DNA from: a bacterium
GTDB taxonomy: Bacteria > UBA8248 > JACPRG01 > G963555815
Length of the DNA: 64,000 nt
Assembly (NCBI GenBank): GCA_965218795.1
Contig: OZ244653.1
Location: 1,888,001-1,952,000, forward strand
Reading direction: 5' to 3'
Part shown: in pieces, positions 1 through 9,064 of the stretch
Position numbering within the stretch: position 1 is the first letter of the stretch
Layout of the letters: each line of letters opens with the position of its first letter
Notes under the pieces: model-generated
Seen by the model: the letters and a program-made list of their open reading frames with translations, nothing else
Databases searched by the model: none
What the model was told of the DNA's origin: nothing
Translations under genes and position numbers: made by a program

Positions 1-553
1 TCATGGAGCCCGTGCTGTCTTGTTGTTCAAAACCATAAGAAATTTCCCACTGTGGAATAATTACTCGTCCATGCAAAAGATTATTTCTAAGCTCTCGCAG
101 AAATTCTGAAATATCTCTACCGAATAAACCATCCTTTAGTTCAGATATCTCATCGGCAATATCGACTCGCAACTTTTGAATTTCTTTAAGTGTATCCTTG
201 ATCCCAAATGCTAGAGCGCAATAGGCAACTGCGTCCTTTTGCGCAGCGTTTCCGACCGTGTGATCTACTTCATCCTCAAAATATTCTGAACGTGCCAGCT
301 CTCCGAGGGCTGCATCGTGGCGACAGATATCTATAGATGCTTGATGGGAAGCATGAACAAGAGATGCCATACCTTGACGCAATCTCCATTCCTTCCAGAA
401 TATATGATGGCGCAAAACTTGTTGTCTTGTTTCTCCAACAAGAGAATTTATTGTCTTTCGAATGGCATCAGGAGTAGGAAGTTGGTATCTTTTTAGGCAA
501 GATATACACCGATCTACTTCATATTGTTGTTGTCTGTTTTGAATTTCGACCAT
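1..553 (-). CDS. HEPN-motif protein (putative RNase effector), 3' end beyond window; absent from ORF track
   Basis: Hand translation from ATG 553 is open to the window edge: MVEIQNRQQQYEVDRC...EFLRELRNNLLHGRVIIPQW. Rx4H motif RNNLLH at 88-71. AT-rich, starts 34 nt after the RM gene stop. Confidence 0.7.
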   Translation of the reverse strand, partial: MVEIQNRQQQYEVDRCISCLKRYQLPTPDAIRKTINSLVGETRQQVLRHHIFWKEWRLRQGMASLVHASHQASIDICRHDAALGELARSEYFEDEVDHTVGNAAQKDAVAYCALAFGIKDTLKEIQKLRVDIADEISELKDGLFGRDISEFLRELRNNLLHGRVIIPQWEISYGFEQQDSTGSM

Positions 554-587
554 TTTTTGAAAGGATGATAGCGGTTCATTCGTCTCA

Positions 588-3500
588 TTATTTCCATACA
601 TTACCGGAGCCCTTTGTAAATTCTCGACAGAAAGGGTATTGACTACCCGTCAGTATTCCGCAGATACGCCGCGCCATGTTCGTGAAGTGCTGTATCTCGT
701 CGGCGCGTAGCGGACGGTCAAGGATGTCGCGCTCCCGGTAGGATAGCCATTTCTTGAGGACCTGGTAGCCGCCGAGCTTGTAGGCCCAGACGGCGGCGGG
801 GACGTTGCGCCAGAAGGCGTCCCCGTTCAAGAAGATGTCGATGGCCGTGCCGCCGAAGGCGGACACGGCATCGCCGATCGCCGCCCGCTCTTCCGGCGTG
901 AAGGGACGCTCGACGGAACGGCCCTGGCCCGGCATCACGGCATCACCGGTTCCGAAATAGCCCCATCCCGCCGTCACCGCGAAATCCTCACCCGCCATGT
1001 TGCGCCCGCCGACGGTAGCGGGGATGGCGACGGCGGCGATCTCCGGCCGCAGCGGCACCTGCGTCACCTCGGGGACGGGCGTGTCGGGATCGAGCAGCGC
1101 GGCGAGGTCGCGGCCCCGTGACGCCGATCGGGCAAGCGCTTTTGCCGCCTGCCTCGCCGGCAGGCAGGCGCCTTCGGCCACGCCGTCAGGCCAGCCCGGC
1201 AGCGGGATGCGCGGCCATTCCATCTTGAGCGCCCCGGCGTTGGCCTCGCGGTAGGCGGGATCGTGGAGCACGGCGAGGACGTGATGGAACAGGTCTTCCA
1301 CGTTGAGCCCCAAACGGTTGAGCCAGCGTTGCGCGGCATCCGAAAGATTGGGGCGGCGTCCGGCGTCCGGCACGTCCAGCCCCTCATCGTGGAGCCAAGC
1401 GGGGAACCAGTTGGTTCCACGTTCAATCAGATGCAGACATCCCAGGTGTTCCGTAAGACACGCCTGCGGTTCTTCCGCGCCTTTCCGCAGATGCTGTGCA
1501 GCCGACAGCCACACATTCCCCTCGAACACGTGCGGCCTATATTTGGCGCGTTTCTCGTCGAGCAGCTTCGTATCCTTCTCCCAGTAGAGCCAGCGGTCGT
1601 CGAACGGTCGGTAGGCGAAGCGGATGAAGCCGGCTTCGTCCGGCCCGCCGCGTTTCAGCAGCGCGTCCCGCACCGCGCGGGTATCGAACCGGGCCGTGGT
1701 CTTCATCGCGCGCGGATAACGCCGGGCGATCTCCTCATTGCTTAGACTTACATCGAAATAGTCAGCGATTCGTCCCTTCAGGCGATCCAAGTCAATATCC
1801 ACGAGGAACGAATCGCGGCTGGTCTTGACCCCCGGAAACGACACCGGAAAGAGATCGGGCAATGTGGGCCAGTCAAACCAGTCCTTGCTCACCGCCATTG
1901 GCTTGAACGGGAAGCCAAGGCGAAGATTGGGCTCCAACGTTGAATAGCCGTCATCTATGTCACCGGCGTCAAGGCTCTCCAACAGCGCTCGCCGTCTTTC
2001 ATCGGCCCTTGCCTGATGGAAATCGCGATACCGGATGCGTCCGCCTGTCGATGGACCGGCAACGTCTCCCGACCTGGAAAGCAGGGCGATGCTTGTTCCG
2101 ACCTTGATACCCGGCGATTGTCCCTGAAGCGCAAAGACCGTTTCGCTGGTCCGCCCGTCCGGCGCGTATTCCGAGATGATGCGGTCGCCATGCAGACTGT
2201 CGATCCGCACCACATCGAACGCCTCCAGATACCGCTCCCGCATGCCCGTGAAGGACAGGCCGTCCAGCCAGGAGTAGTTGGAAATGAAGCACACCACGCC
2301 ACACCCCGTCTTCTCCGCGATGCGCCGCTCGGCCATGCGGAAGAACCGGACGTACAGATCGTTCAGCCCCTGACCCTCGGGCCGACGCACCCGCTTCGTT
2401 GAGCGGTACGCTTCCGAAAGCTCCCGTTCCTCGTCCACGGCCATGCCGGCGAAGCCGTTGTAGGGCGGGTTGCCCAGGATCACGAGGATGGGCGTGTCCT
2501 GCTTCACTTGCTCGGCCCGGTCCCGCTCCTCCTCAAGCTCGGGGAAGGGCAAGGGTTTGGTCGTCCTCGGCTCCCAGCCGGTCAGCGCGTTGGTGAGAAA
2601 CACACCGGGGCGTTCATCCTCCGAGAGTCGGGCGTCCAGTTCCCGCATGGTCAAGCCGACCTGCAAGTGGGCCACGACAAAGGGCGCGGGCATGATCTCG
2701 AACCCGAACACCCGTTCCAATGCCGCCTCCCTCACCCGAGCGCCGGAGAGCGCGCCGAGCCCTTGGCCTTGCAGATTGGCGGCAATCCGGCGCAGGACCT
2801 CGGCCAGATAGGCCCCGGTGCCGCAGCACGGGTCAAGCACGTAGACGTTCTCCGCCGCGAGACCGTCCGGGATCCCGAGATCCTCCTTCAATGCCCTGTC
2901 CACGCGGGCGACCATGTAGCGGACCACCTCCACCGGCGTGTACCAGACGCCGAGCTGCTTCCTGAGCTCGGGATCGAAGGCTTCCAGGAACGGCTCGTAG
3001 AAATATTGAACCGCTTCGCCCTCGTTGAATTTGGCGAAAAAGGCCTCCCGGTCCACGCGGTCTAGGGCACCGGAAGTCCAGTCCAGGACCTCGACTAAAC
3101 CCAACGGCTCCAGCCGGCCCGGATCGGATATCTGCTGGAACAGCGCCCGCAGAACAGGAGCGCGCAGATGCCAGACAGCTTCGCGCCAGTTGAAACCGCC
3201 TTGAGGCGGCGGAAGTTGCCGCGCCCACAGGACCCAGGCGGAGAACACACCGTAGAAAAGCGTCTGCACCAGGGTCGAACGGAAAAAGGCCGCGCCACGT
3301 CCGCCCTCGAAGCGCACGCCCAGGGCTTCCTCAAGGGAAGAGCGCACCGCCGTGAGCTGCGGCGCATCCCCCGCCGCCTCGACGCGAAAGAGCCCGTCTC
3401 TTGCATAGGAGGCGAGCAGCCAAGCCAGGTCCCTGGGTTCGGCGAGCGCGGCTTGGTGCGAGAGGGCACGGCAGAGATATTCGCCGAGGCCGAGGCCCAC

Positions 3501-4004
3501 TTCCCGGGCAAAGGCGCGCGGCTTTTCCAACAGGCGCTCGAAATCCTCCGCGCTGTCGGCCAGGCGGAAGGTTTCCAGCTTGGCCGGACGGCCCGAGGCG
3601 TCCTCGCCGACCAGAACGAAGTCGCGCGTGTTGGTGACCAGCACCAGGCGGTAGCGGCCCCAATACTTGCTGACCTGATCGGACTCCGCGGTCAGCCAAG
3701 CGTCGTCATCGGCGGATTTCACCTCGACCACGCCACGTTCGGGAACCTGTCCCTCCTTTGGCCGGCCCTTCTGCACCTGTTTGGCCGCGTACAGGCCGAA
3801 GTCGGGGTGGCCCGCGCCCTGCTCCGCAAGCTCCGGGACGCAAAACACCTTGGGTTTCAGCGCGCCGCCCACGGCATCGAGCAGTCCCGCCAGCGCCGGA
3901 TAGTACGACCGCTCCCCGGTCGCGCCGCCCGAGGCGCGTATCCGCCCAAGATCGGCGAAATAGGTCTCCACCGCCGTGGTCAGCTTCGTGTTCGTTCCTG
4001 TCAC
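588..4004 (-). CDS. Type IIG / Type ISP-like fused restriction-modification enzyme (nuclease + N6-adenine MTase + TRD, no helicase)
   Basis: N-terminal PDF...VEVK nuclease motif, MTase motifs LDPCCGTG and GNPPY, ISP-type C-terminal YRPFD. Likely start GTG 4004 after GGGGA; the track's extension to 4469 crosses the oriT region. Confidence 0.85.
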   Translation of the reverse strand: MTGTNTKLTTAVETYFADLGRIRASGGATGERSYYPALAGLLDAVGGALKPKVFCVPELAEQGAGHPDFGLYAAKQVQKGRPKEGQVPERGVVEVKSADDDAWLTAESDQVSKYWGRYRLVLVTNTRDFVLVGEDASGRPAKLETFRLADSAEDFERLLEKPRAFAREVGLGLGEYLCRALSHQAALAEPRDLAWLLASYARDGLFRVEAAGDAPQLTAVRSSLEEALGVRFEGGRGAAFFRSTLVQTLFYGVFSAWVLWARQLPPPQGGFNWREAVWHLRAPVLRALFQQISDPGRLEPLGLVEVLDWTSGALDRVDREAFFAKFNEGEAVQYFYEPFLEAFDPELRKQLGVWYTPVEVVRYMVARVDRALKEDLGIPDGLAAENVYVLDPCCGTGAYLAEVLRRIAANLQGQGLGALSGARVREAALERVFGFEIMPAPFVVAHLQVGLTMRELDARLSEDERPGVFLTNALTGWEPRTTKPLPFPELEEERDRAEQVKQDTPILVILGNPPYNGFAGMAVDEERELSEAYRSTKRVRRPEGQGLNDLYVRFFRMAERRIAEKTGCGVVCFISNYSWLDGLSFTGMRERYLEAFDVVRIDSLHGDRIISEYAPDGRTSETVFALQGQSPGIKVGTSIALLSRSGDVAGPSTGGRIRYRDFHQARADERRRALLESLDAGDIDDGYSTLEPNLRLGFPFKPMAVSKDWFDWPTLPDLFPVSFPGVKTSRDSFLVDIDLDRLKGRIADYFDVSLSNEEIARRYPRAMKTTARFDTRAVRDALLKRGGPDEAGFIRFAYRPFDDRWLYWEKDTKLLDEKRAKYRPHVFEGNVWLSAAQHLRKGAEEPQACLTEHLGCLHLIERGTNWFPAWLHDEGLDVPDAGRRPNLSDAAQRWLNRLGLNVEDLFHHVLAVLHDPAYREANAGALKMEWPRIPLPGWPDGVAEGACLPARQAAKALARSASRGRDLAALLDPDTPVPEVTQVPLRPEIAAVAIPATVGGRNMAGEDFAVTAGWGYFGTGDAVMPGQGRSVERPFTPEERAAIGDAVSAFGGTAIDIFLNGDAFWRNVPAAVWAYKLGGYQVLKKWLSYRERDILDRPLRADEIQHFTNMARRICGILTGSQYPFCREFTKGSGNVWK
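1146..1170. repeat. Short palindromic element inserted in frame in the RM gene
   Basis: CGCCTGCCT-C-GCCGGC-AGGCAGGCG; the 21-nt core 1148-1168 adds about CLPARQA. Confidence 0.6.
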
Positions 4005-4399
4005 GTCATCATCCCCGTTGTCGCCGCTGCACGGCTTGGCTAGTGTCACACCATCCGGCGCGGCGAAGCAACCCCCCGACATGGCTCCAGCGCTTACTGC
4101 ATCATCCGGCATGCATAGGGCCGAGCACAGGCGCGCCCGCGCTGCGGTATGGACCCGCGAGTGCGTGTCTTGTGAATGCCGTCGCCGCGTGCCGCTCGCG
4201 TATGCATTGATTTGTTCCCTCAGGCTTCCTATAGTGACGCTCGGAAGTCGCGCAACGGGGCGGGAGACGTTTCCCCACATGCGCGGCGGACGCTGCCGCT
4301 CAGGCGCCGCTCGGGCTAACTGCTGGATACATAACGGATTGCATCGCCCGAACATTTGAGCGGAACGGAAGCACGGTGCGGACGCCAGTCGGCGTTTCA

Positions 4400-4428
4400 C
4401 TCTCACACCCCACGCACCTTGGGTGCCC
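4400..4428 (-). other. oriT: Putative MOBF-type origin of transfer (nic site)
   Basis: Minus strand GCACC-CAA-GGTGC-GTGGGGTGT^GA: an R388-like hairpin followed by the F-plasmid nic sequence TGCGTGGGGTGT^G. Confidence 0.7.
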
Positions 4429-4519
4429 TGCACACCATGCGCGCGCTTGTCTTGCAACTTTGTGCGCATTCAACAACTTTGGACGCCTTGCTGTTGTTGG
4501 ACAGAGCGTATGTCGCATC

Positions 4520-4642
4520 GATATACGGCCTCAACCTATTGATATATAATGATTTTCGATCGGACCGATATACGGCGGCTATACGGCCGCTACCAATTTT
4601 GGTTGTGCGCATGGATGCGCCGGGCCGATAGCGATATACGCC
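4520..4642 (+). promoter_or_regulatory. Four direct repeats with core TATACG, candidate RHH/relaxosome accessory binding sites
   Basis: GATATACGGC 4520 and 4567, CTATACGGCC 4579, GATATACGCC 4633, between nic and the RHH gene. Confidence 0.5.
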
Positions 4643-4866
4643 GGGATTCCCGGTGTCCGCGGCCATGTCGCGATGTTCCCGCCGGTCCGTCATGCCTCCC
4701 GGCGTCATTTTTGATGCCCGGTATCGCCGCCGAGCCGCTGTTTCATGCTTGGCAGGGTCGTCATGACATGAGCCGTTCGGTAGCTGAACGGCTTCAGGAT
4801 CGTATCGTTTTTCACTCAAGGCGACCCCGTATCATCACCCATTGGGCACCAGGAAGGAGCAAAACC

Positions 4867-5262
4867 GTGACCGAAAACGGTTCCATCGAACCCGAAACCA
4901 ACGACAGTGGAGACCCAGGACAGGGCGGCGCGCGCAGGACCCGGGGCATCCGGTTCTCCGATCCGGAGTGGGAAGAGGTCAAGAAGGCGGCAGAAGAACG
5001 TGACGTTCCGGCCGGGAAGCTTGTCCGGGACACGGTCCTGGACCTCGCCCGGGGCGGGACCGGCAAAGCATCCACGGCGCTTCAGCCCGGTCACGCCGCC
5101 CTTCTCGAGGGCGTCTACCGGGGCGTCTACATCCTTTCGACCCTGAAACGCGAAGAGATGCTCCAACAGGACCGGGGCCAGGAGCTGGACGAGATCGTTC
5201 AGGCCGCGCGCAACGCGCAGGCCGAGGCGCTGAAGCCGTCGCGATCGGAGCAGCGTGAATGA
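4867..5262 (+). CDS. Ribbon-helix-helix protein (MobC/TrwA-like relaxosome accessory)
   Basis: GTG 4867 after AGGAAGGAG; RRTRGIRFSDPEWEEVKKAAEERDVPAGKLVRDTVL fits the RHH pattern; adjacent to oriT. Confidence 0.65.
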   Translation: MTENGSIEPETNDSGDPGQGGARRTRGIRFSDPEWEEVKKAAEERDVPAGKLVRDTVLDLARGGTGKASTALQPGHAALLEGVYRGVYILSTLKREEMLQQDRGQELDEIVQAARNAQAEALKPSRSEQRE

Positions 5263-7709
5263 CGGGCAGCCCCGGTGGTGATTCGGTCCGGCGCGCCCGG
5301 GGAAGAGCGCCGGACCCCGTGCCCGGCCGCGAGGTTCTGGCCGGTCTTGTCGAGCGGGTGACCTTCCACAACCCGGAGAACGGGTTCTGCGTGCTGCGGA
5401 TCAAGGCCCGGGGCCGGCGTGATCTGGTCACCGCGGTCGGCCATGCCGCGACGATTTCCGCCGGCGAATGGGTGACCGCCTCCGGAGAATGGGCCAACGA
5501 CCGCACCCACGGCCTGCAATTCCGCGCGCGGCTGCTGAATACCTCCGCTCCCTCGTCGCTGGATGGTATCGAGAAGTATCTTGGTTCCGGAATGATCCGG
5601 GGCATCGGACCGGTCTATGCGAAACGCATGGTGCGGCTGTTCGGCAAGGACGTGTTCGACATCATCGAGGCCAGCCCCGAGCGCCTGCGCGAGGTCGAAG
5701 GGATCGGTCCGAAGCGGGCGGAGCGGATCACCTCGGCCTGGGCCGACCAGAAGGCGATCCGCGAGATCATGGTGTTCCTGCACCAGCACGGCGTGGGCAC
5801 GGCCCGGGCGGTGCGCATCTTCAAGACCTATGGCGCGGACGCGGTCGAGGTCATGAGCGAGAACCCCTACCGTCTGGCCCGGGACATCCGGGGGATCGGC
5901 TTCCGCACCGCCGACCTGATCGCGGAAAAGCTCGGCATCGGGAAGACCGCGATGATCCGGGTGCGCGCCGGGATATCGTTCGCGCTGTCCGAAGCCATGA
6001 GCGACGGCCATTGTGGGCTGCCCACTACGGAGCTGAAGAAGCTCTCGGAGAAGCTGCTCGAGGTGCCCGAAGAGCTGGTGACAACCGCCGTGGAGATGGA
6101 GTTGTCCGAGCGAACCGTGACCGCGGACAGCGTGGAAGAGACCCCGTGCATCTTCCTGAGCGGCCTGTACCATGCCGAACGGACCGTCGGGGAGCACTTG
6201 CGGAGGATAGCCGCCGGGCCGTTGCCCTGGAGCAGAATCGACGCGGACAAGGCGCTACCCTGGGTCGAGGCCTGTACCGGGCTCACGCTCGCCGGGAGCC
6301 AGGCCCATGCGGTGCGCCTCGCACTGGGCTCGAAGGCGACGGTCATCACGGGCGGTCCCGGTGTCGGCAAGACGACCATCGTCAATGTGATCCTGCGGAT
6401 CCTCTTGGCCAAGGACGCGAAACTCCTGCTTTGCGCACCCACGGGCCGTGCCGCCAAGCGCATGTCCGAGGCCACCGGCATGAAGGCGAAGACCATCCAC
6501 CGGCTGCTGGAGTTCGACCCCAGGGCCTTCGGGTTCCGGCGCAACGAGGACAGTCCGCTCGACTGCGACCTCCTGGTGGTGGACGAAAGCTCAATGGTGG
6601 ATGTGATGCTCATGCAGTCGCTGGTGAAGGCGGCGCCCGACCATGCCGCCCTGTTGCTCGTCGGCGACATCGACCAGTTGCCTTCCGTGGGTCCGGGCCA
6701 GGTGCTCTTTGACGTCATCGCCTCGGGGACCGTTCCCGTGGTGCGCCTGACCGAGGTGTTCCGTCAGGCCTCCCAAAGCCGGATCGTGACCAATGCCCAC
6801 CGGATCAACGCCGGCAGGATGCCGGAGCTGGACGAAGCCGATGGCGGAAACGACTTCTACTTCGTGCCGGCCGAGGATCCCGAGCAGGCGGTCGAGCGGA
6901 TTCTGTCCCTGGTCCGGGAGCGCATTCCCCGCCGGTTCGGCCTGGATCCGGTGCGCGACATCCAGGTGCTGTGCCCGATGAACCGTGGGGGCGCGGGGGC
7001 GAGGTCGCTCAATATCGAGCTGCAGGCGGTGTTGAACCCGGCCGGGGAGGAGAAGGTCGAGCGCTTCGGCTGGACCTTCGCACCGGGAGACAAGGTCATG
7101 CAGATCGAGAACGACTATGACAAGGACGTCTACAACGGCGACATCGGAAGGGTGGAAGCCGTGGACGGGGTGGAGGGCGAGGTGATTGCGGTGTTCGACG
7201 GCCGCAGGGTGTCCTACGGGTTCGGGGAGCTGGACATGCTGGCCCCCGCCTATGCGGCGACCGTGCACAAGAGCCAGGGCTCCGAATATCCCGCCGTGGT
7301 CCTGCCCGTGCTGACGCAGCACTACGCCATGCTACAGCGCAACCTGCTCTACACGGGGATCACGCGGGGCAAGCGCCTGGTCGTGCTCGTGGGTCAGAAG
7401 AAGGCCGTGGCCATCGCGGTCAAGGGCGGAAGGAATGTGTCCATCCGCGATCTCCGCGCCCTTCATGGCGTCCTTGACAATGACGAGGCGGTCATGGCGG
7501 GATTGATCATCATGGACCCCCTTGGACCGACGAAGGACCGGAACTTTCACCGGGACATGGCGAAGGCCGGAGACCTGGAAGTCGAGGGCGTAAAATATAG
7601 CCGGATGCAGATGCTGACCGTCAATGAAATCCTGGAAGGGAAACGCTTTCACACGCCGGGCGTGGTGGGCCGTGGACTCGCTCAGCCAACGTTACCGGGG
7701 ACGGGCTGA
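5259..7709 (+). CDS. recD2: RecD2-like SF1B ATP-dependent DNA helicase with atypical C-terminal tail
   Basis: VERVTFHNPENGF N-terminus, HhH GIGP repeats, GGPGVGKTT, VDESSM, GDIDQLPSV, TVHKSQGSEY, LLYTGITRGK. Confidence 0.9.
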   Translation: MTGSPGGDSVRRARGRAPDPVPGREVLAGLVERVTFHNPENGFCVLRIKARGRRDLVTAVGHAATISAGEWVTASGEWANDRTHGLQFRARLLNTSAPSSLDGIEKYLGSGMIRGIGPVYAKRMVRLFGKDVFDIIEASPERLREVEGIGPKRAERITSAWADQKAIREIMVFLHQHGVGTARAVRIFKTYGADAVEVMSENPYRLARDIRGIGFRTADLIAEKLGIGKTAMIRVRAGISFALSEAMSDGHCGLPTTELKKLSEKLLEVPEELVTTAVEMELSERTVTADSVEETPCIFLSGLYHAERTVGEHLRRIAAGPLPWSRIDADKALPWVEACTGLTLAGSQAHAVRLALGSKATVITGGPGVGKTTIVNVILRILLAKDAKLLLCAPTGRAAKRMSEATGMKAKTIHRLLEFDPRAFGFRRNEDSPLDCDLLVVDESSMVDVMLMQSLVKAAPDHAALLLVGDIDQLPSVGPGQVLFDVIASGTVPVVRLTEVFRQASQSRIVTNAHRINAGRMPELDEADGGNDFYFVPAEDPEQAVERILSLVRERIPRRFGLDPVRDIQVLCPMNRGGAGARSLNIELQAVLNPAGEEKVERFGWTFAPGDKVMQIENDYDKDVYNGDIGRVEAVDGVEGEVIAVFDGRRVSYGFGELDMLAPAYAATVHKSQGSEYPAVVLPVLTQHYAMLQRNLLYTGITRGKRLVVLVGQKKAVAIAVKGGRNVSIRDLRALHGVLDNDEAVMAGLIIMDPLGPTKDRNFHRDMAKAGDLEVEGVKYSRMQMLTVNEILEGKRFHTPGVVGRGLAQPTLPGTG

Positions 7710-7856
7710 AAACACCACAAAGCCCATAACTTATAATTCCGTTCTTTTACAACGAAGCCATCTGCATCGACCTGTCCGATACCGAGCCCTGAGGTGGTCC
7801 CAGCAAATCGGACAGGTTGCTAAGGTGTATTCCACCGACTGAGGGAGGGATACGCA

Positions 7857-8138
7857 ATGACGACACGACGGCGATTCACGGGGGAGTTCAAGGCGAAGGT
7901 AGCGCTGGAAGCACTGCGCGGGGACAAGACGGTTCAAGAAATCGCGGTGCGGCACAAGGTGCATCCGAACCAGGTGAGCGCCTGGAAGCAGCGAGCGGTG
8001 GAGGGGCTGAAGGAGGTATTCTCCAAGGGGGCGGAGCGGGCACGTGGGGACCATGAGGTGGAGATCCGGGACCTGCATGCGAAGATCGGGGAGTTGACGG
8101 TGGAGCGGGATTTTTTGTCCAAAGGGCTCAAGTGGTGA
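7857..8138 (+). CDS. IS3 transposase OrfA
   Basis: RRRFTGEFKAKVALEA HTH; ends ERDFL at a T-run (probable -1 frameshift site). Confidence 0.9.
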   Translation: MTTRRRFTGEFKAKVALEALRGDKTVQEIAVRHKVHPNQVSAWKQRAVEGLKEVFSKGAERARGDHEVEIRDLHAKIGELTVERDFLSKGLKW

Positions 8139-9064
8139 GCCGGGAGGGACGCAGGGCCATGATCCGTCGCGACCATCCCAAACTCAGCTTGAGCGGTCAA
8201 TGCCGCCTGCTTTCCATCAGCCGATCCTCGCTGTACCACACGCCCAAGGGCGAGAGTGCGCAGAACCTGGCGTTGATGCGGCGGATCGATGAGTTGTTCT
8301 TGAAATACCCGTTCTACGGCAGCCGCCAGATGGTCCGTCATTTGTGGCGCGAGGGAGTCCGTGTCGGTCGTCACCGGGTTCGGCGTCTGATGCGGCTGAT
8401 GGGCCTACAGGCCATCTACCAAGCGCCGAGAACCACCAGACCACATCCCGAACACCGGGTTTATCCCTATCTTCTCAAGGGACTCGCCATCGAGCGGCCC
8501 AATCAGGTCTGGACCGCGGACATAACCTATATCCCCGTCCAGCGCGGCTTCCTGTACCTGGTAGCCGTCATGGACTGGGCCACCCGCCGTGTGCTCGCCT
8601 GGCGGCTGTCCAACACCCTGGATGCCCGCTTCTGCGTCGAGGCCCTGACCGAAGCCCTGGACCGCTACGGCCGGCCTCGGATCTTCAATACCGACCAAGG
8701 CAGCCAGTTCACCAGCCTCGCGTTTACCGCTGTCCTCCAAGACGCCGGCGTCGCCATCTCCATGGACGGCCGGGGCCGATGCATGGACAACATCTTCATC
8801 GAGCGCCTCTGGCGTTCGCTCAAATACGAAGCGGTGTATCTGCACGAGCTCACCGACGGCTTCGCAGCCCAAAGGGCCATTGCCAAGTGGCTCGACTTCT
8901 ATAACACCGAAAGACCTCATTCCGCCCTGGCTGGCTCTACCCCGGCCGAGGCCTACGAAAAAGGACTGCCGCCGCAGATGCAGGCCAAGCCCCACCGCTT
9001 GCCTGCCCCTCTGCCGGCTCAACCAGAACAGAAAGACGGGTCAAACAGGACGCTGGCGGCATGA
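8132..9064 (+). CDS. IS3 transposase OrfB (DDE)
   Basis: WTADITY, NTDQGSQF, DNIFIERLWRSLKYE. Confidence 0.92.
   Translation: MVSREGRRAMIRRDHPKLSLSGQCRLLSISRSSLYHTPKGESAQNLALMRRIDELFLKYPFYGSRQMVRHLWREGVRVGRHRVRRLMRLMGLQAIYQAPRTTRPHPEHRVYPYLLKGLAIERPNQVWTADITYIPVQRGFLYLVAVMDWATRRVLAWRLSNTLDARFCVEALTEALDRYGRPRIFNTDQGSQFTSLAFTAVLQDAGVAISMDGRGRCMDNIFIERLWRSLKYEAVYLHELTDGFAAQRAIAKWLDFYNTERPHSALAGSTPAEAYEKGLPPQMQAKPHRLPAPLPAQPEQKDGSNRTLAA

Noticed and set aside
4005-4469. 155-aa N-terminal extension of the RM ORF
   Set aside because: Low-complexity translation across the oriT region; a better start with RBS lies at 4004
7723-7738. CCCATAACTTATAATT as a dif site or second tRNA-Met att core
   Set aside because: Match limited to CATAAC; too short to support
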